Positions 23,018 to 31,857 of a DNA stretch of 32,000 nt are shown here, in pieces. The stretch is from assembly GCF_000196555.1 (NCBI RefSeq), contig NC_015067.1:30001-62000 (forward strand), in the 5' to 3' direction. The notes beneath the pieces were generated by a model. It made no database searches. It had not been told where the DNA came from and was given only the letters and a program-made list of their open reading frames with translations. The translations under genes were made by a program, and so were the position numbers. This stretch comes from Bifidobacterium longum subsp. longum JCM 1217 (GTDB lineage: Bacteria; Actinomycetota; Actinomycetes; Actinomycetales; Bifidobacteriaceae). The number at the start of each line of letters is the position of its first letter. Within the stretch, counting starts at the first letter, position 1.

Positions 23018-24898
23018 ATGAAGGATGTGAGCGAACAGAAGAAAAAAAGTGCGCCCGAAGCGAAAGGCGCAACGGCTGTACGTAAATTCCACACCCACTC
23101 CATTCCGCTGGACATGGAAGATATTGCACGCGATTGGGAAAAACCGGTGGTGGACGCCGGTATCGCCGCCAAAGCCAGCGTGATTGTACGAGTCGGCATG
23201 TTGGACCTGGGAGCCGGCACCGGCTCCTTCCGCGTGCGTGAAATGATGCACCGCATCGCCTACCCGCTGGGCGTGCACGTACGCGCCGACGTGAACCTGA
23301 CGGATATCGAGGCCACCTGCACGGATGGTCGTAACCGCATCACCGAAGTCGTGGATTTGCCGAGTACCGGCGTGAACACCGAACGTATCTGGCTGCTGGA
23401 ACATTTCGCCGACTGGTTCTCCGTGAATCTCGGCAAGGGGTCGATGTATCACGTCGATTCGCAACTGTCCGATGGCGTGGTCAAGCATTTGGACGAACGT
23501 GACGCTTCGCAGTATTCGGCCGATCTGGCCAAGCGCCTGCGCGAACGTGCCAAGGTCGAGGCTGAGGCGGCCAACGGCAGCGTGGACGAGGCGCTGGATC
23601 TTGCGTCGAAAACCAAGGTACTCGTGACCTCCGTGGCCAAGTCCTTGGACGATGACAATGAAGAAGCCCACCGACTTTTGGCGGACAGCGCGGAAGTCAC
23701 TCCGGTCGAAGACAAAGCGGCCGAAGAGAAGGCCTACGACGATGCCGAAGTGTTTACCGGTGACTCCAATGAGTCGGTTGAATCGGCGAACGCGGCGAAC
23801 GGCGCAACCGCCGAAAGCCCTGCTGCAAGCAGTACGAAGCGTAAGAATCGCGTGCCCAAGGAATACGCCGAACACTTCAACGAGCGCTCCGACGAAGAGA
23901 AGGCCAAGGGCGGTATCACCGTGCGGCAGGCGCACGAGCGACTCGATCTGATTGAGCGCCGCAAGCCGCTGTACAAGCCGTGGTTCTCCGGTCTGGCCTC
24001 CGCCCTAGCCTGCGCGGCCTTCGTGTTCCTGCTCGGCGGCGGCCCATACGACATGATCGGTGCGTTCGTGGGCGCGGGCCTTGGCCAGTGGATGCGTCGC
24101 CGGCTGTTTGCATACCATCTGAACCAGTTCTTCGTCACCTTTGTGTGTGTGGCCGCGGCGGCGCTCGCCTGCACCGGCACCCTGCGACTCATCGGCATTT
24201 TCGACCCAGTCGCGCTCTCGCACGATACGGCCTACATCGGCGCCATGCTGTTCGTGATCCCCGGTTTCCCGCTCATCACAGGCGGACTCGACATGGCGAA
24301 AATCGACTTCCCCTCGGGCATCCAGCGCGTGGCGTACGTGCTGTGCATCATCCTGATGGCCACGCTGGCAGGCTGGGCCGTGGCCGTGATGGTGCACCTG
24401 CACCCGGAAGGCTTTGAGCCACTGGGGCTTGACCCGTGGGTCAACGGATTGCTGCGATTCGTGGCGGCGTTCGTCGGCGTGTGGGGCTTCTCCGTGCTGT
24501 TCAATTCGCCGCAGCGCATGTGCCTGACCGCCGCCCTGATCGGTGCGATCACGGACACGCTGCGCTTGGAATTGCAAGACTTCAACGTGGCACCCGAGAT
24601 GGCTACCTTCATCGGCGCGTTTCTGGCGGGCATTCTGGCATCGGTGTGGCGTTCATCCGTGCGACGTGGCTGGCTACCGCCGCACCTCGGCTACCCGCGC
24701 ATCTGCCTGACCGTGCCGTCGATCGTGATCATGGTGCCCGGTCTGTATATGTATCGTGCCATGTGGTACCTCGGCAGCTTCCAGACCATGAATGCGCTGG
24801 ACTGGGCGTTCCGTGCGTTCATGGTGATTATCTGTCTGCCGATCGGCTTGGCGATGGCCCGCGTGGTGACCGACAAGTCCTGGCGCTACGACATCTGA
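23018..24898 (+). CDS. threonine/serine exporter (ThrE) family membrane protein (DUF1212 + DUF3815)
   Basis: N-terminal DUF1212-like region (ASVIVRVGMLDLGAGTGSFRVREMMHRIAYPLGV) and about 10 C-terminal hydrophobic segments. A long acidic/Ala-rich insert lies between them. Confidence 0.75.
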   Translation: MKDVSEQKKKSAPEAKGATAVRKFHTHSIPLDMEDIARDWEKPVVDAGIAAKASVIVRVGMLDLGAGTGSFRVREMMHRIAYPLGVHVRADVNLTDIEATCTDGRNRITEVVDLPSTGVNTERIWLLEHFADWFSVNLGKGSMYHVDSQLSDGVVKHLDERDASQYSADLAKRLRERAKVEAEAANGSVDEALDLASKTKVLVTSVAKSLDDDNEEAHRLLADSAEVTPVEDKAAEEKAYDDAEVFTGDSNESVESANAANGATAESPAASSTKRKNRVPKEYAEHFNERSDEEKAKGGITVRQAHERLDLIERRKPLYKPWFSGLASALACAAFVFLLGGGPYDMIGAFVGAGLGQWMRRRLFAYHLNQFFVTFVCVAAAALACTGTLRLIGIFDPVALSHDTAYIGAMLFVIPGFPLITGGLDMAKIDFPSGIQRVAYVLCIILMATLAGWAVAVMVHLHPEGFEPLGLDPWVNGLLRFVAAFVGVWGFSVLFNSPQRMCLTAALIGAITDTLRLELQDFNVAPEMATFIGAFLAGILASVWRSSVRRGWLPPHLGYPRICLTVPSIVIMVPGLYMYRAMWYLGSFQTMNALDWAFRAFMVIICLPIGLAMARVVTDKSWRYDI

Positions 24899-25130
24899 CC
24901 GTCATCTTGGCTCTCCTCAGGTGGGGGGAGCTCGGATAAAACAGCGTCTCAGTATGGAAACGGTGGAAGGTGCTTGAGCCCTTGTATCCACTACCATCAG
25001 GCGAAGTGCGTTGCGGCCGTATTCACGGCTGTGACGGTCTGTATGACGCCGCTCCGGCGTCAATCGCATATCAGCACATAGTTCTGCCATGGCGGTAGCC
25101 GCTTGGCGTCATGATTGAGGAGGGGCGCAG

Positions 25131-26771
25131 TTGGCCAACGATTTCTGGATTCTGCTGGCCATGGTCATCTATTTTGCGGCCATGCTGTCCATCGGATTCA
25201 TCTACTCCAAACGCTCCAACTCCTCCTCCAAGGAATACTTTGCGGGCGGGCGCGGCGTGGGGCCGTGGCTCACGGCCCTGAGCGCCGAAGCCTCCGACAT
25301 GAGCGGCTGGCTGCTGATGGGCCTGCCGGGCCTGGCCTACTTCACTGGTGCGGCCGACCCGATGTGGACCGCCGTCGGACTGGCGCTCGGCACCTATCTC
25401 AACTGGAAGCTTGTGGCCCGGCGACTGCGCCGCTACTCGGTAGTGACCGACGATGCCATCACCATTCCTGACTTCTTCGCCAAGCGTTTCCATGACAAGA
25501 AGGGCGTGATCTCCACCATCGCGGCCGTGATCATCCTGGTGTTCTTCAGCGTGTACGTGGGCAGCTGCTTCGTGACCGTGGGCAAGCTGTTCGCCACGTT
25601 GTTCGGTTTCGACTACCACGTCATGATGATCATCGGCGCGGTGGTCGTGTTCGTCTACACCGTGGTGGGCGGCTACTTGTCGGTGGTGATGACCGACTTC
25701 ATTCAAGGCATGCTCATGTTCTTCGCGCTCGCGGTGGTGTTCATCGGCACCGTGGCCAGCGCGGGCGGTGTCGACAACACCGTGGAATTCCTGCGTGCCA
25801 TCCCCGGCTACCTGTCCGGCACGCAGGTGGCCGCGCCCAAGCTGGACCCGGCCACCGGCCAGCAGCTCGTCGAGGCGGGCAAGGCCGTGTTCGGCGCGCC
25901 CTCCGACTACGGCATCATCACCATCATCTCCATGCTGGCGTGGGGCCTGGGTTACTTCGGTATGCCGCAGGTGCTGGTGCGCTTCCTGTCCATCCGCAGC
26001 GTGGAAGAAGTGCGCAAGTCCCGAATCATCGCCACCTCCTGGTGCGTGATTTCGCTGGGTTGCGCAGTGTGCATCGGCTTGGTGGGGCGTGCGATGATGC
26101 CCACCGAACTGCTGACCTCCACCGATGCGGAAACCATCTTCATCGTGCTGGCGCAGACCCTGCTGCCGAGCTTCATGTGCGGCGTGGTGGTCTCCGGCAT
26201 TTTCGCGGCCTCGATGAGCTCCAGCTCCTCGTATCTGATCATCGGCGCTTCGGCCATGGGCGAGAACATCTTCCGCGGGCTGCTGCACCGCAAGGCCACC
26301 GACAAGCAGGTCATGATTGTGGCCAGGGTCACGCTGGTGGTCATGTTCCTGTTCGGCATTCTGGTGGCATACGACCAGAACTCGTCGATCTTCCAGGTGG
26401 TGTCTTACGCGTGGGCCGGGCTTGGTGCCTCATTCGGCCCGTTGATGCTGTGCTCGCTATACTGGCGTCGCGCCAACAAGGCCGGCGCCGTGGCCGGCAT
26501 GCTGTCCGGCACGGCGGCCGTGCTGATCTGGCACAACCTCGTCAAGCCCTTGGGCGGCGTATTCGCCATCTATGAGCTGCTGCCGGCGTTCATCATTTCG
26601 CTGCTGTTCATCGTGGTGGTTTCGTTGCTGACCGCCAAGCCGAACAAGCGCATGCTCTACGAATTCGACCACTACATGGACGATCCGCTGCCCGGCACCC
26701 TGCCGTCCGGCACCGTGCTCGTCGACGAGCCCATGGAAGCCATGGAGTCCGAGGTCCGCAGCGGCAAATGA
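25131..26771 (+). CDS. putP: sodium:proline symporter (SSS family)
   Basis: 546 aa with a TTG start in the ORF track. N-terminus KEYFAGGRGVGPWLTALSAEASDMSGWLLMGLPGLAY and the overall ~13-TM pattern are typical of PutP. Confidence 0.85.
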   Translation: MANDFWILLAMVIYFAAMLSIGFIYSKRSNSSSKEYFAGGRGVGPWLTALSAEASDMSGWLLMGLPGLAYFTGAADPMWTAVGLALGTYLNWKLVARRLRRYSVVTDDAITIPDFFAKRFHDKKGVISTIAAVIILVFFSVYVGSCFVTVGKLFATLFGFDYHVMMIIGAVVVFVYTVVGGYLSVVMTDFIQGMLMFFALAVVFIGTVASAGGVDNTVEFLRAIPGYLSGTQVAAPKLDPATGQQLVEAGKAVFGAPSDYGIITIISMLAWGLGYFGMPQVLVRFLSIRSVEEVRKSRIIATSWCVISLGCAVCIGLVGRAMMPTELLTSTDAETIFIVLAQTLLPSFMCGVVVSGIFAASMSSSSSYLIIGASAMGENIFRGLLHRKATDKQVMIVARVTLVVMFLFGILVAYDQNSSIFQVVSYAWAGLGASFGPLMLCSLYWRRANKAGAVAGMLSGTAAVLIWHNLVKPLGGVFAIYELLPAFIISLLFIVVVSLLTAKPNKRMLYEFDHYMDDPLPGTLPSGTVLVDEPMEAMESEVRSGK

Positions 26772-26840
26772 CACGTGCCTGCTGTGCGGTCGGCTCGTAT
26801 GGCAGAGGAGTGGCTTTTTTGTGGTTCGGCAGGAACCATT

Positions 26841-27046
26841 GAGGCCAAAACGGACTTCGAGGGGCTGATTTGACGTTCTGGAGAGATCTACTTCCGTTTC
26901 AAGGGGCTGATGCCTGAGTAGACGCGGCTCCAAAACGGCGGAATGGCGTTGACGTAAGGGCATTGATACACGTGGTCTACCGGATGATCAGCCCCTTGAA
27001 ACGGAAGTAGACCTCCGGCGGAGGCCAAATCAGCCCCTTGAAATGG
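26841..27046. repeat. nested inverted-repeat (MITE-like/REP-like) intergenic element with four copies of a TTCRAGGGGCTGAT core
   Basis: Inner pair: TCTACTTCCGTTTCAAGGGGCTGAT (26887-26911) and its exact reverse complement (26987-27011). Outer pair: TTCGAGGGGCTGATTTG (26856-26872) and CAAATCAGCCCCTTGAA (27026-27042). GAGGCCAAA flanks both outer copies. Confidence 0.8.
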
Positions 27047-27100
27047 GTTTTGAATACCGTAGCGCGGTGCGGACGGTGCGGACTGACTCTACCGGGCTTA

Positions 27101-28087
27101 TTATTCCTGCGTCGTCGGAATAATTGGCAGCAGAGGCTCGAATTTCAGCCGTTTGTACAGTGGAATACGGCGTAGCTTTCGGACATCGCTAATTTGCTGG
27201 GTAGTTTGCCGCATCGTGAGCTGGACTGTTTTGCCCGTAACCTCCTGTATCCTTTCGGCAACTCTTCGGGCAAGGGCCTCTTCTCCCGCTTCGTCGCCAA
27301 TATCTAATTTGGTGACTTGAATGTACTTCCAGCCAGCATCTTCGATCATCTGGCGGCGTCTCGCGTCATTCAGCCATTGCCCGGCATGATGAGAGCCTTC
27401 GTATTCGATACATATCTTGAATTCAGGGTATGCAAGATCGAGATATATGGGTCTGGTGTTGTTTCCTACGAATATTGGATAATTCACCTGCGGGCAATTC
27501 AGACCGTATTTCAAGAGAACCAAACGAGTTCGTGTTTCCATGGAGGAATCTGTGCCCGCGCGCGCCAAAAGTAGGGCGCGACGGCATTTGTTATACCCGC
27601 GGAACAAATACGAATTGGTGCCATTCTCTTTGTCGGCTCGCACCTGGGCCTCGGCCTCATCGAGATACAGAGAAAGGGCGTCGATGGTTGTTCTGCAGAG
27701 CCTTCGATCTCGTCGCATCATGGAATCAGCGAGAACGATGAGTTCTTCAAGTTCGAGATACGTGGAGAACATGGCCCATGTGCAAGCTGGTGAAGTGCAT
27801 GTGAATTGTCCCTCGATTATGACCGTGTCTAGTGGAAAAGGCCATACAACCACTTTGACCCCCACAATGTGCCGTTTGTCATTGGCGTGTGGAACCGCAA
27901 CAATGGTTGTAGTTGCAAGGCCTCTGTGTTTGCTTGATATGCGGGGTACTTCAATTGACAAAAGCTCCAACGCTGTTGTCAGGGCATAGGGTGGGCGCCA
28001 TGCGCTTCGTCGTTGAACATCTGCGCACGTCTGCATTCGTTGGTACTTCTGCATTGTCAGCTCGGTCAATGCCGTTGAGCTACCCAT
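27101..28087 (-). CDS. DUF559 / Vsr-like restriction-endonuclease-fold protein with uncharacterised N-terminal region
   Basis: C-terminus IYLDLAYPEFKICIEYEGSHHAGQWLNDARRRQMIEDAGWKYIQVT fits the DUF559 pattern (D..xxE.DG..H...D..R...L...GW). The ATG at 28087 lies behind GAAGGGG, while the ORF-track start at 28096 is GTG. G+C is lower, by eye. Confidence 0.7.
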   Translation of the reverse strand: MGSSTALTELTMQKYQRMQTCADVQRRSAWRPPYALTTALELLSIEVPRISSKHRGLATTTIVAVPHANDKRHIVGVKVVVWPFPLDTVIIEGQFTCTSPACTWAMFSTYLELEELIVLADSMMRRDRRLCRTTIDALSLYLDEAEAQVRADKENGTNSYLFRGYNKCRRALLLARAGTDSSMETRTRLVLLKYGLNCPQVNYPIFVGNNTRPIYLDLAYPEFKICIEYEGSHHAGQWLNDARRRQMIEDAGWKYIQVTKLDIGDEAGEEALARRVAERIQEVTGKTVQLTMRQTTQQISDVRKLRRIPLYKRLKFEPLLPIIPTTQE

Positions 28088-28169
28088 GATGATCACCCCT
28101 TCGTGATGTTCGCTTTGTCCTCGCAGTGTAGAGTCCGGCTACCGGCCCTGTCTACCGCCCCAATTTTTC

Positions 28170-28200
28170 GGTGGATAAATGTGGATAAGTCGGTGGATAA
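28170..28200. promoter_or_regulatory. cluster of three DnaA-box-like 9-mers
   Basis: GGTGGATAA (28170-28178), TGTGGATAA (28180-28188, the exact complement of TTATCCACA) and GGTGGATAA (28192-28200). All share one orientation, with starts spaced 10-12 bp apart, in a divergent intergenic region. Confidence 0.45.
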
Positions 28201-28337
28201 ACTATGGGTGTTCATCGCAGTTGCAGGCCATCCCGCAATTACATGGAACGTAGGGGTTTGCAGGCAGCCAGCGGGAATCGCCGTCGACGGCGCGATTCAA
28301 CTTGGACGAATCTCCATGGCGTTCATGCAAAGGTGGC

Positions 28338-29960
28338 ATGATGGCCGGTATGAGTAGCTTGGTGCGTATTGTCAATGCCGGTGTTCCGGGGTCTCAGGAC
28401 CGCGTGGATGTGGTGCTTCGCGATGGGGTTGTTGCGTCTGTCGGCCCTGCTGGAACGGTCTCGGCTTCGGACAGCACGATGCAGACTAAGGCGCATACGA
28501 CATCGTTGGAATACGCGACGAATGCCATTGCTTCTGGCAGCGTCTCAATCCCAACGTCGGCCGCCGCACCCGCCGACGAAACCACCATCGACGCCGACGG
28601 CCTGTGGGTTATTCCCGGCCTGTGGGACTGCCACACGCACTTCACGCAATGGGCTAAGACGCTGGGCCGACTGGACCTCATCAATGCCCGTTCCGCCGCC
28701 GAAGCGATGGACATGTTGCGCCGTCATCTGGATGAGCGCCGCGCCGCCGACACGCTTGACCCAGATGCCTTCGTGGTGGGCATGCGATTCCGTCACTCGC
28801 TGTGGGCCGACGACGAGCAGCCCACACTGGCCGCAATTGACGCCGTGACCGGCGAACAGCCGGTGGCCCTCTCCAGCGCGGACATGCACTGCGGATGGGT
28901 GAATTCCGCCGCGGCCCGCAGGCTTGGCGTACATGTGGACGAATCCGGTCTGGTCGGTGAACTCGAATGGTTCAACGCCTACACCGCCTTCGACAAGGCG
29001 CCGGGCGCTGCTGAAGAGACTGACCGTCTGCTGCGCGAGGCCGAACAGGACGCCGCAAGCAAGGGCGTGGTGGGCATCCGCGATTATGAAATGGCCGAAA
29101 ACATCGATACATGGATCAATCGTTTCGCGGCCGGCATTAACGGTTTGCGCGTGGACGCCGGTGTATACCCCGAGCGGTTGCGAGCCGCCATTGACGCGGG
29201 TTGGCATACCGGCAAGGAATTGCCGGGCAGCGCCGGGCTTGGCCATGTGGGCGCCATGAAGCTCATCTCGGACGGATCGCTCAACACCCGCTCCGCCTAC
29301 TGCTCCACGCCGTATTCGGGCATCGAGCCGCTGACGTATGGCACGCTGAGCTACACGCCGCAGCAAATCGAAGACTATATGCGCCTAGCCACCGAGCATG
29401 GCTTCGACATTGCCTGCCACGCCATTGGCGACGAAGCGAACACCATTGCGCTCAACGCAGTCGCCGCCACGCACGTACATGGATCGATCGAGCATGCGCA
29501 GATGCTCAAACCCGTCGATATCCCGCGTTTCGCCGAGCTGGGGCTCACGGCCAGCATCCAGCCGCAGCACGCCATGGATGACCGCGACGTCATCACCCGT
29601 TTCTGGGCCAACCCGGCCGGCATCCCTTATCCGTTCAGGGCCCTCCACGACGCCGGTACCACGCTGCGCATGGGCTCGGATGCGCCCGTGGCCCCGCTGG
29701 ACCCGTGGCTGGCCATTTCCGCCGCCGTGCTCGGCACCGAAAGCTCTGACCGCGAGCCGTTCCAGCCCGAGCAGTGCCTCGATGTGCATACCTCGCTGGC
29801 AGCCTCGACCGCCACTGGCCGTGACCGCCTTGCATCCGGCGACCCGGCCGATGTGGTGTTGCTGGACGCCGACCCATACGCCGCCGATACTCCGGAAGCC
29901 ATGCGCGCTATGCCGCAACACGTCGTAATGACATTGCTGTGCGGGGAGCGTACGTATTGA
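28338..29960 (+). CDS. amidohydrolase-family (Amidohydro_3 / YtcJ-like) metal-dependent hydrolase
   Basis: Motifs IDADGLWVIPGLWDCHTHF, ...IACHAIGDEAN...GSIEHAQM... and MGSDAPVAP fit the TIM-barrel amidohydrolase metal ligands. The start is ambiguous among ATGs at 28338, 28341 and 28350. Confidence 0.8.
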   Translation: MMAGMSSLVRIVNAGVPGSQDRVDVVLRDGVVASVGPAGTVSASDSTMQTKAHTTSLEYATNAIASGSVSIPTSAAAPADETTIDADGLWVIPGLWDCHTHFTQWAKTLGRLDLINARSAAEAMDMLRRHLDERRAADTLDPDAFVVGMRFRHSLWADDEQPTLAAIDAVTGEQPVALSSADMHCGWVNSAAARRLGVHVDESGLVGELEWFNAYTAFDKAPGAAEETDRLLREAEQDAASKGVVGIRDYEMAENIDTWINRFAAGINGLRVDAGVYPERLRAAIDAGWHTGKELPGSAGLGHVGAMKLISDGSLNTRSAYCSTPYSGIEPLTYGTLSYTPQQIEDYMRLATEHGFDIACHAIGDEANTIALNAVAATHVHGSIEHAQMLKPVDIPRFAELGLTASIQPQHAMDDRDVITRFWANPAGIPYPFRALHDAGTTLRMGSDAPVAPLDPWLAISAAVLGTESSDREPFQPEQCLDVHTSLAASTATGRDRLASGDPADVVLLDADPYAADTPEAMRAMPQHVVMTLLCGERTY

Positions 29961-30078
29961 TGCAAGCCATCGGCATGAAGTGAACAGAGGTCCGTCTTGA
30001 TAGCCGCGTTGCACGGAAAAACAAGAAATCCGCCCCTCGAAGTGAAGATAGGACACAGCAGACGCCGCAATACAAAAA

Positions 30079-30114
30079 CGCCGTGTCAGTTGCCCAGTTG
30101 GGGCTGACACGGCG
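30079..30114 (-). terminator. rho-independent terminator of trpS
   Basis: CGCCGTGTCAG (30079-30089) pairs with CTGACACGGCG (30104-30114). On the minus strand it is followed by TTTTTGTATTG. Confidence 0.7.
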
Positions 30115-30137
30115 TCTTGCTACGAGCGGCGGGAAAA

Positions 30138-31229
30138 TCAGTACTTCATGCCCATGGCCTCGCGCACCTGGTCGAGGGTCTCCTCGGCGATGGCGTTGGC
30201 GCGCTTGTTGCCGTCGTGCAGGATGTCACGAATGGAATCCATGTCCTTGGCCAGCTCGGCGCGGCGCTCGCGGTGCGGGGCCAGGAACTCGTTGACTGAT
30301 TCGATGACGTATGCCTTGAGCGCGCCGGCGCCGGAATCACCGATCTCCTCGGCGATGTCCTTCGGGTCGCGGCCGGTCACCAGGCCGGCGGTGGTCAGCA
30401 GGGCGGAGACCTGCGGGCGGGCAACCGGGTCGAAGGTGATGCGGCGCTCGGAATCGGTCGGGCTCTTCTTGATGAGCTTGGCGGTTTCCTCGGCGGTGGC
30501 GCCCAGCATGATGGAGTTGCCGTACGACTTGCTCATCTTGCGGCCGTCGAGACCCGGAATCTCCGGTGCCTCAGACAGAATGGCGGCCGGCTCCGGGAAC
30601 ACCGGGTTCTTCTTGGCGTAACGCTCGTTGAAACGGCGGGCGATGGTGCGCGTGATTTCCACGTGCGGCAGGTTGTCCTTGCCGATCGGCACGACATTGG
30701 CCTTGCAGAAGAGGATGTCGCACGCCTGATGCACCGGGTAGGTGAGCAGCAGACCGGTCAGCGCGTGGCCGGACGCCTCCATCTCGGACTTCACGGTCGG
30801 GTTGCGGTGCAGCTCGGCCTCGGTGACCAAGGACAGGAACGGCAGCAGTAGCTGGTTCTCGGCCGGCACGGCGGAGTGGGTGAACATCATGGTCTTGTTC
30901 GGATCGATGCCGGCGGCCATGTAGTCGAGCACCAGGTTCAGCACGTTGTCTTGGATGTGCTCGGTGGTGTCGCGGTCGGTGATCACCTGGTAGTCGGCGA
31001 TGATGATGTTCGTGTTGACGCCGCGCTCCTGCATGGCGACACGCTCACGGATCGAGCCGAAGTAGTGGCCGAGGTGCAGCCGGCCGGTCGGGCGGTCGCC
31101 GGTCAACATGGTGAAGGACGACGGCTTGGCCTCCAGCTTGGCGAGCGTTTCGTCCGAACGCTTTTTGGCCGCGAGGAAGCTCGCGCTCATCTCATTGCCT
31201 GCCGCTGTCAGTTGCTGCTCGTCGGTCAT
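30138..31229 (-). CDS. trpS: tryptophan--tRNA ligase
   Basis: Class-I signatures GDRPTGRLHLGHY (HIGH-like) and KMSKS. Start moved to the ATG at 31229 (MTDEQQL...), giving 363 aa. Confidence 0.9.
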   Translation of the reverse strand: MTDEQQLTAAGNEMSASFLAAKKRSDETLAKLEAKPSSFTMLTGDRPTGRLHLGHYFGSIRERVAMQERGVNTNIIIADYQVITDRDTTEHIQDNVLNLVLDYMAAGIDPNKTMMFTHSAVPAENQLLLPFLSLVTEAELHRNPTVKSEMEASGHALTGLLLTYPVHQACDILFCKANVVPIGKDNLPHVEITRTIARRFNERYAKKNPVFPEPAAILSEAPEIPGLDGRKMSKSYGNSIMLGATAEETAKLIKKSPTDSERRITFDPVARPQVSALLTTAGLVTGRDPKDIAEEIGDSGAGALKAYVIESVNEFLAPHRERRAELAKDMDSIRDILHDGNKRANAIAEETLDQVREAMGMKY

Positions 31230-31362
31230 GCGAAAATCCTTTGAATATGCCCTAAATAAACGCTTTTTATGGTAAAAGTGTGAGCCGACAACGAACAAGC
31301 CACTATTAGTGGTACTCTCTATTGTTGATGAATCGAACAGCACAGTAATCGCAGGGGGTCAG

Positions 31363-31752
31363 ATGGGCCGCGGACGTCAAAAAGCAAAACAGCAGAAAAT
31401 TGCCCGAAAGCTCAAGTACCTGACCACCGATACCGACTACGATGAGCTGGCAAAAGAGCTGAGCGAGCAGGAGCCGGGAATGGGCTCTCCTGACCCGTTC
31501 GCCGACATCGATGACCAGTATGCGGACAAGGATGTGGATTCCGCTGCTGATGACCACGCTTCCGGTGCCGCCGAGGCAGCTCCCGCTACGCAGGAGGATG
31601 ACCTCGACGAGTACGCCAAGTGGGCTGCCGAAGCCGCCGCAAAGGCGACCAGCGGCGAGTTCCCGGCCTCCGCGCCTGCCGCACCGAAGCCGGCCCCGCG
31701 CAAGCCGATTCCGATGCCCATGCCTTCCGCGCTCAAGCCCAAGAAGAGCTGA
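31363..31752 (+). CDS. DUF3073-family small conserved actinobacterial protein
   Basis: MGRGRQKAKQQKIARKLKYLTTDTDYDELAKEL is the characteristic DUF3073 N-terminus, with an acidic/Ala-Pro-rich tail. Start at the ATG at 31363. Confidence 0.75.
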   Translation: MGRGRQKAKQQKIARKLKYLTTDTDYDELAKELSEQEPGMGSPDPFADIDDQYADKDVDSAADDHASGAAEAAPATQEDDLDEYAKWAAEAAAKATSGEFPASAPAAPKPAPRKPIPMPMPSALKPKKS

Positions 31753-31771
31753 ACGCCGGTCTTCTCGTAAT

Positions 31772-31805
31772 AATCCCCTTGTGCTTGGTTGAGCACAAGG
31801 GGATT
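31772..31805 (+). terminator. rho-independent terminator
   Basis: AATCCCCTTGTGCT (31772-31785) pairs with AGCACAAGGGGATT (31792-31805), with a 6-nt loop, followed by TGTGGTT. Confidence 0.75.
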
Positions 31806-31857
31806 TGTGGTTATGGCTGATGGTGCCGCCGCTGGTGGCTTACTTACGCTTCGCGCC

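Noticed and set aside
22886-23935. 349-aa ORF on the - strand
   Set aside because: Shadow ORF antisense to the ThrE-family gene, with low-complexity Gly/Arg/His/Val composition.
25071-26288. 405-aa ORF on the - strand, plus overlapping 25940..26575 (+) and 26457..26963 (-)
   Set aside because: They are antisense or out of frame relative to putP, whose translation is a textbook SSS transporter. The composition is His/Gly/Arg/Asp low-complexity.
26841-27046. Possible CRISPR array (also considered for 3112-3233 and 8253-10086)
   Set aside because: The repeats are inverted rather than direct, number only 2-4, and have irregular spacing. No cas genes are present.
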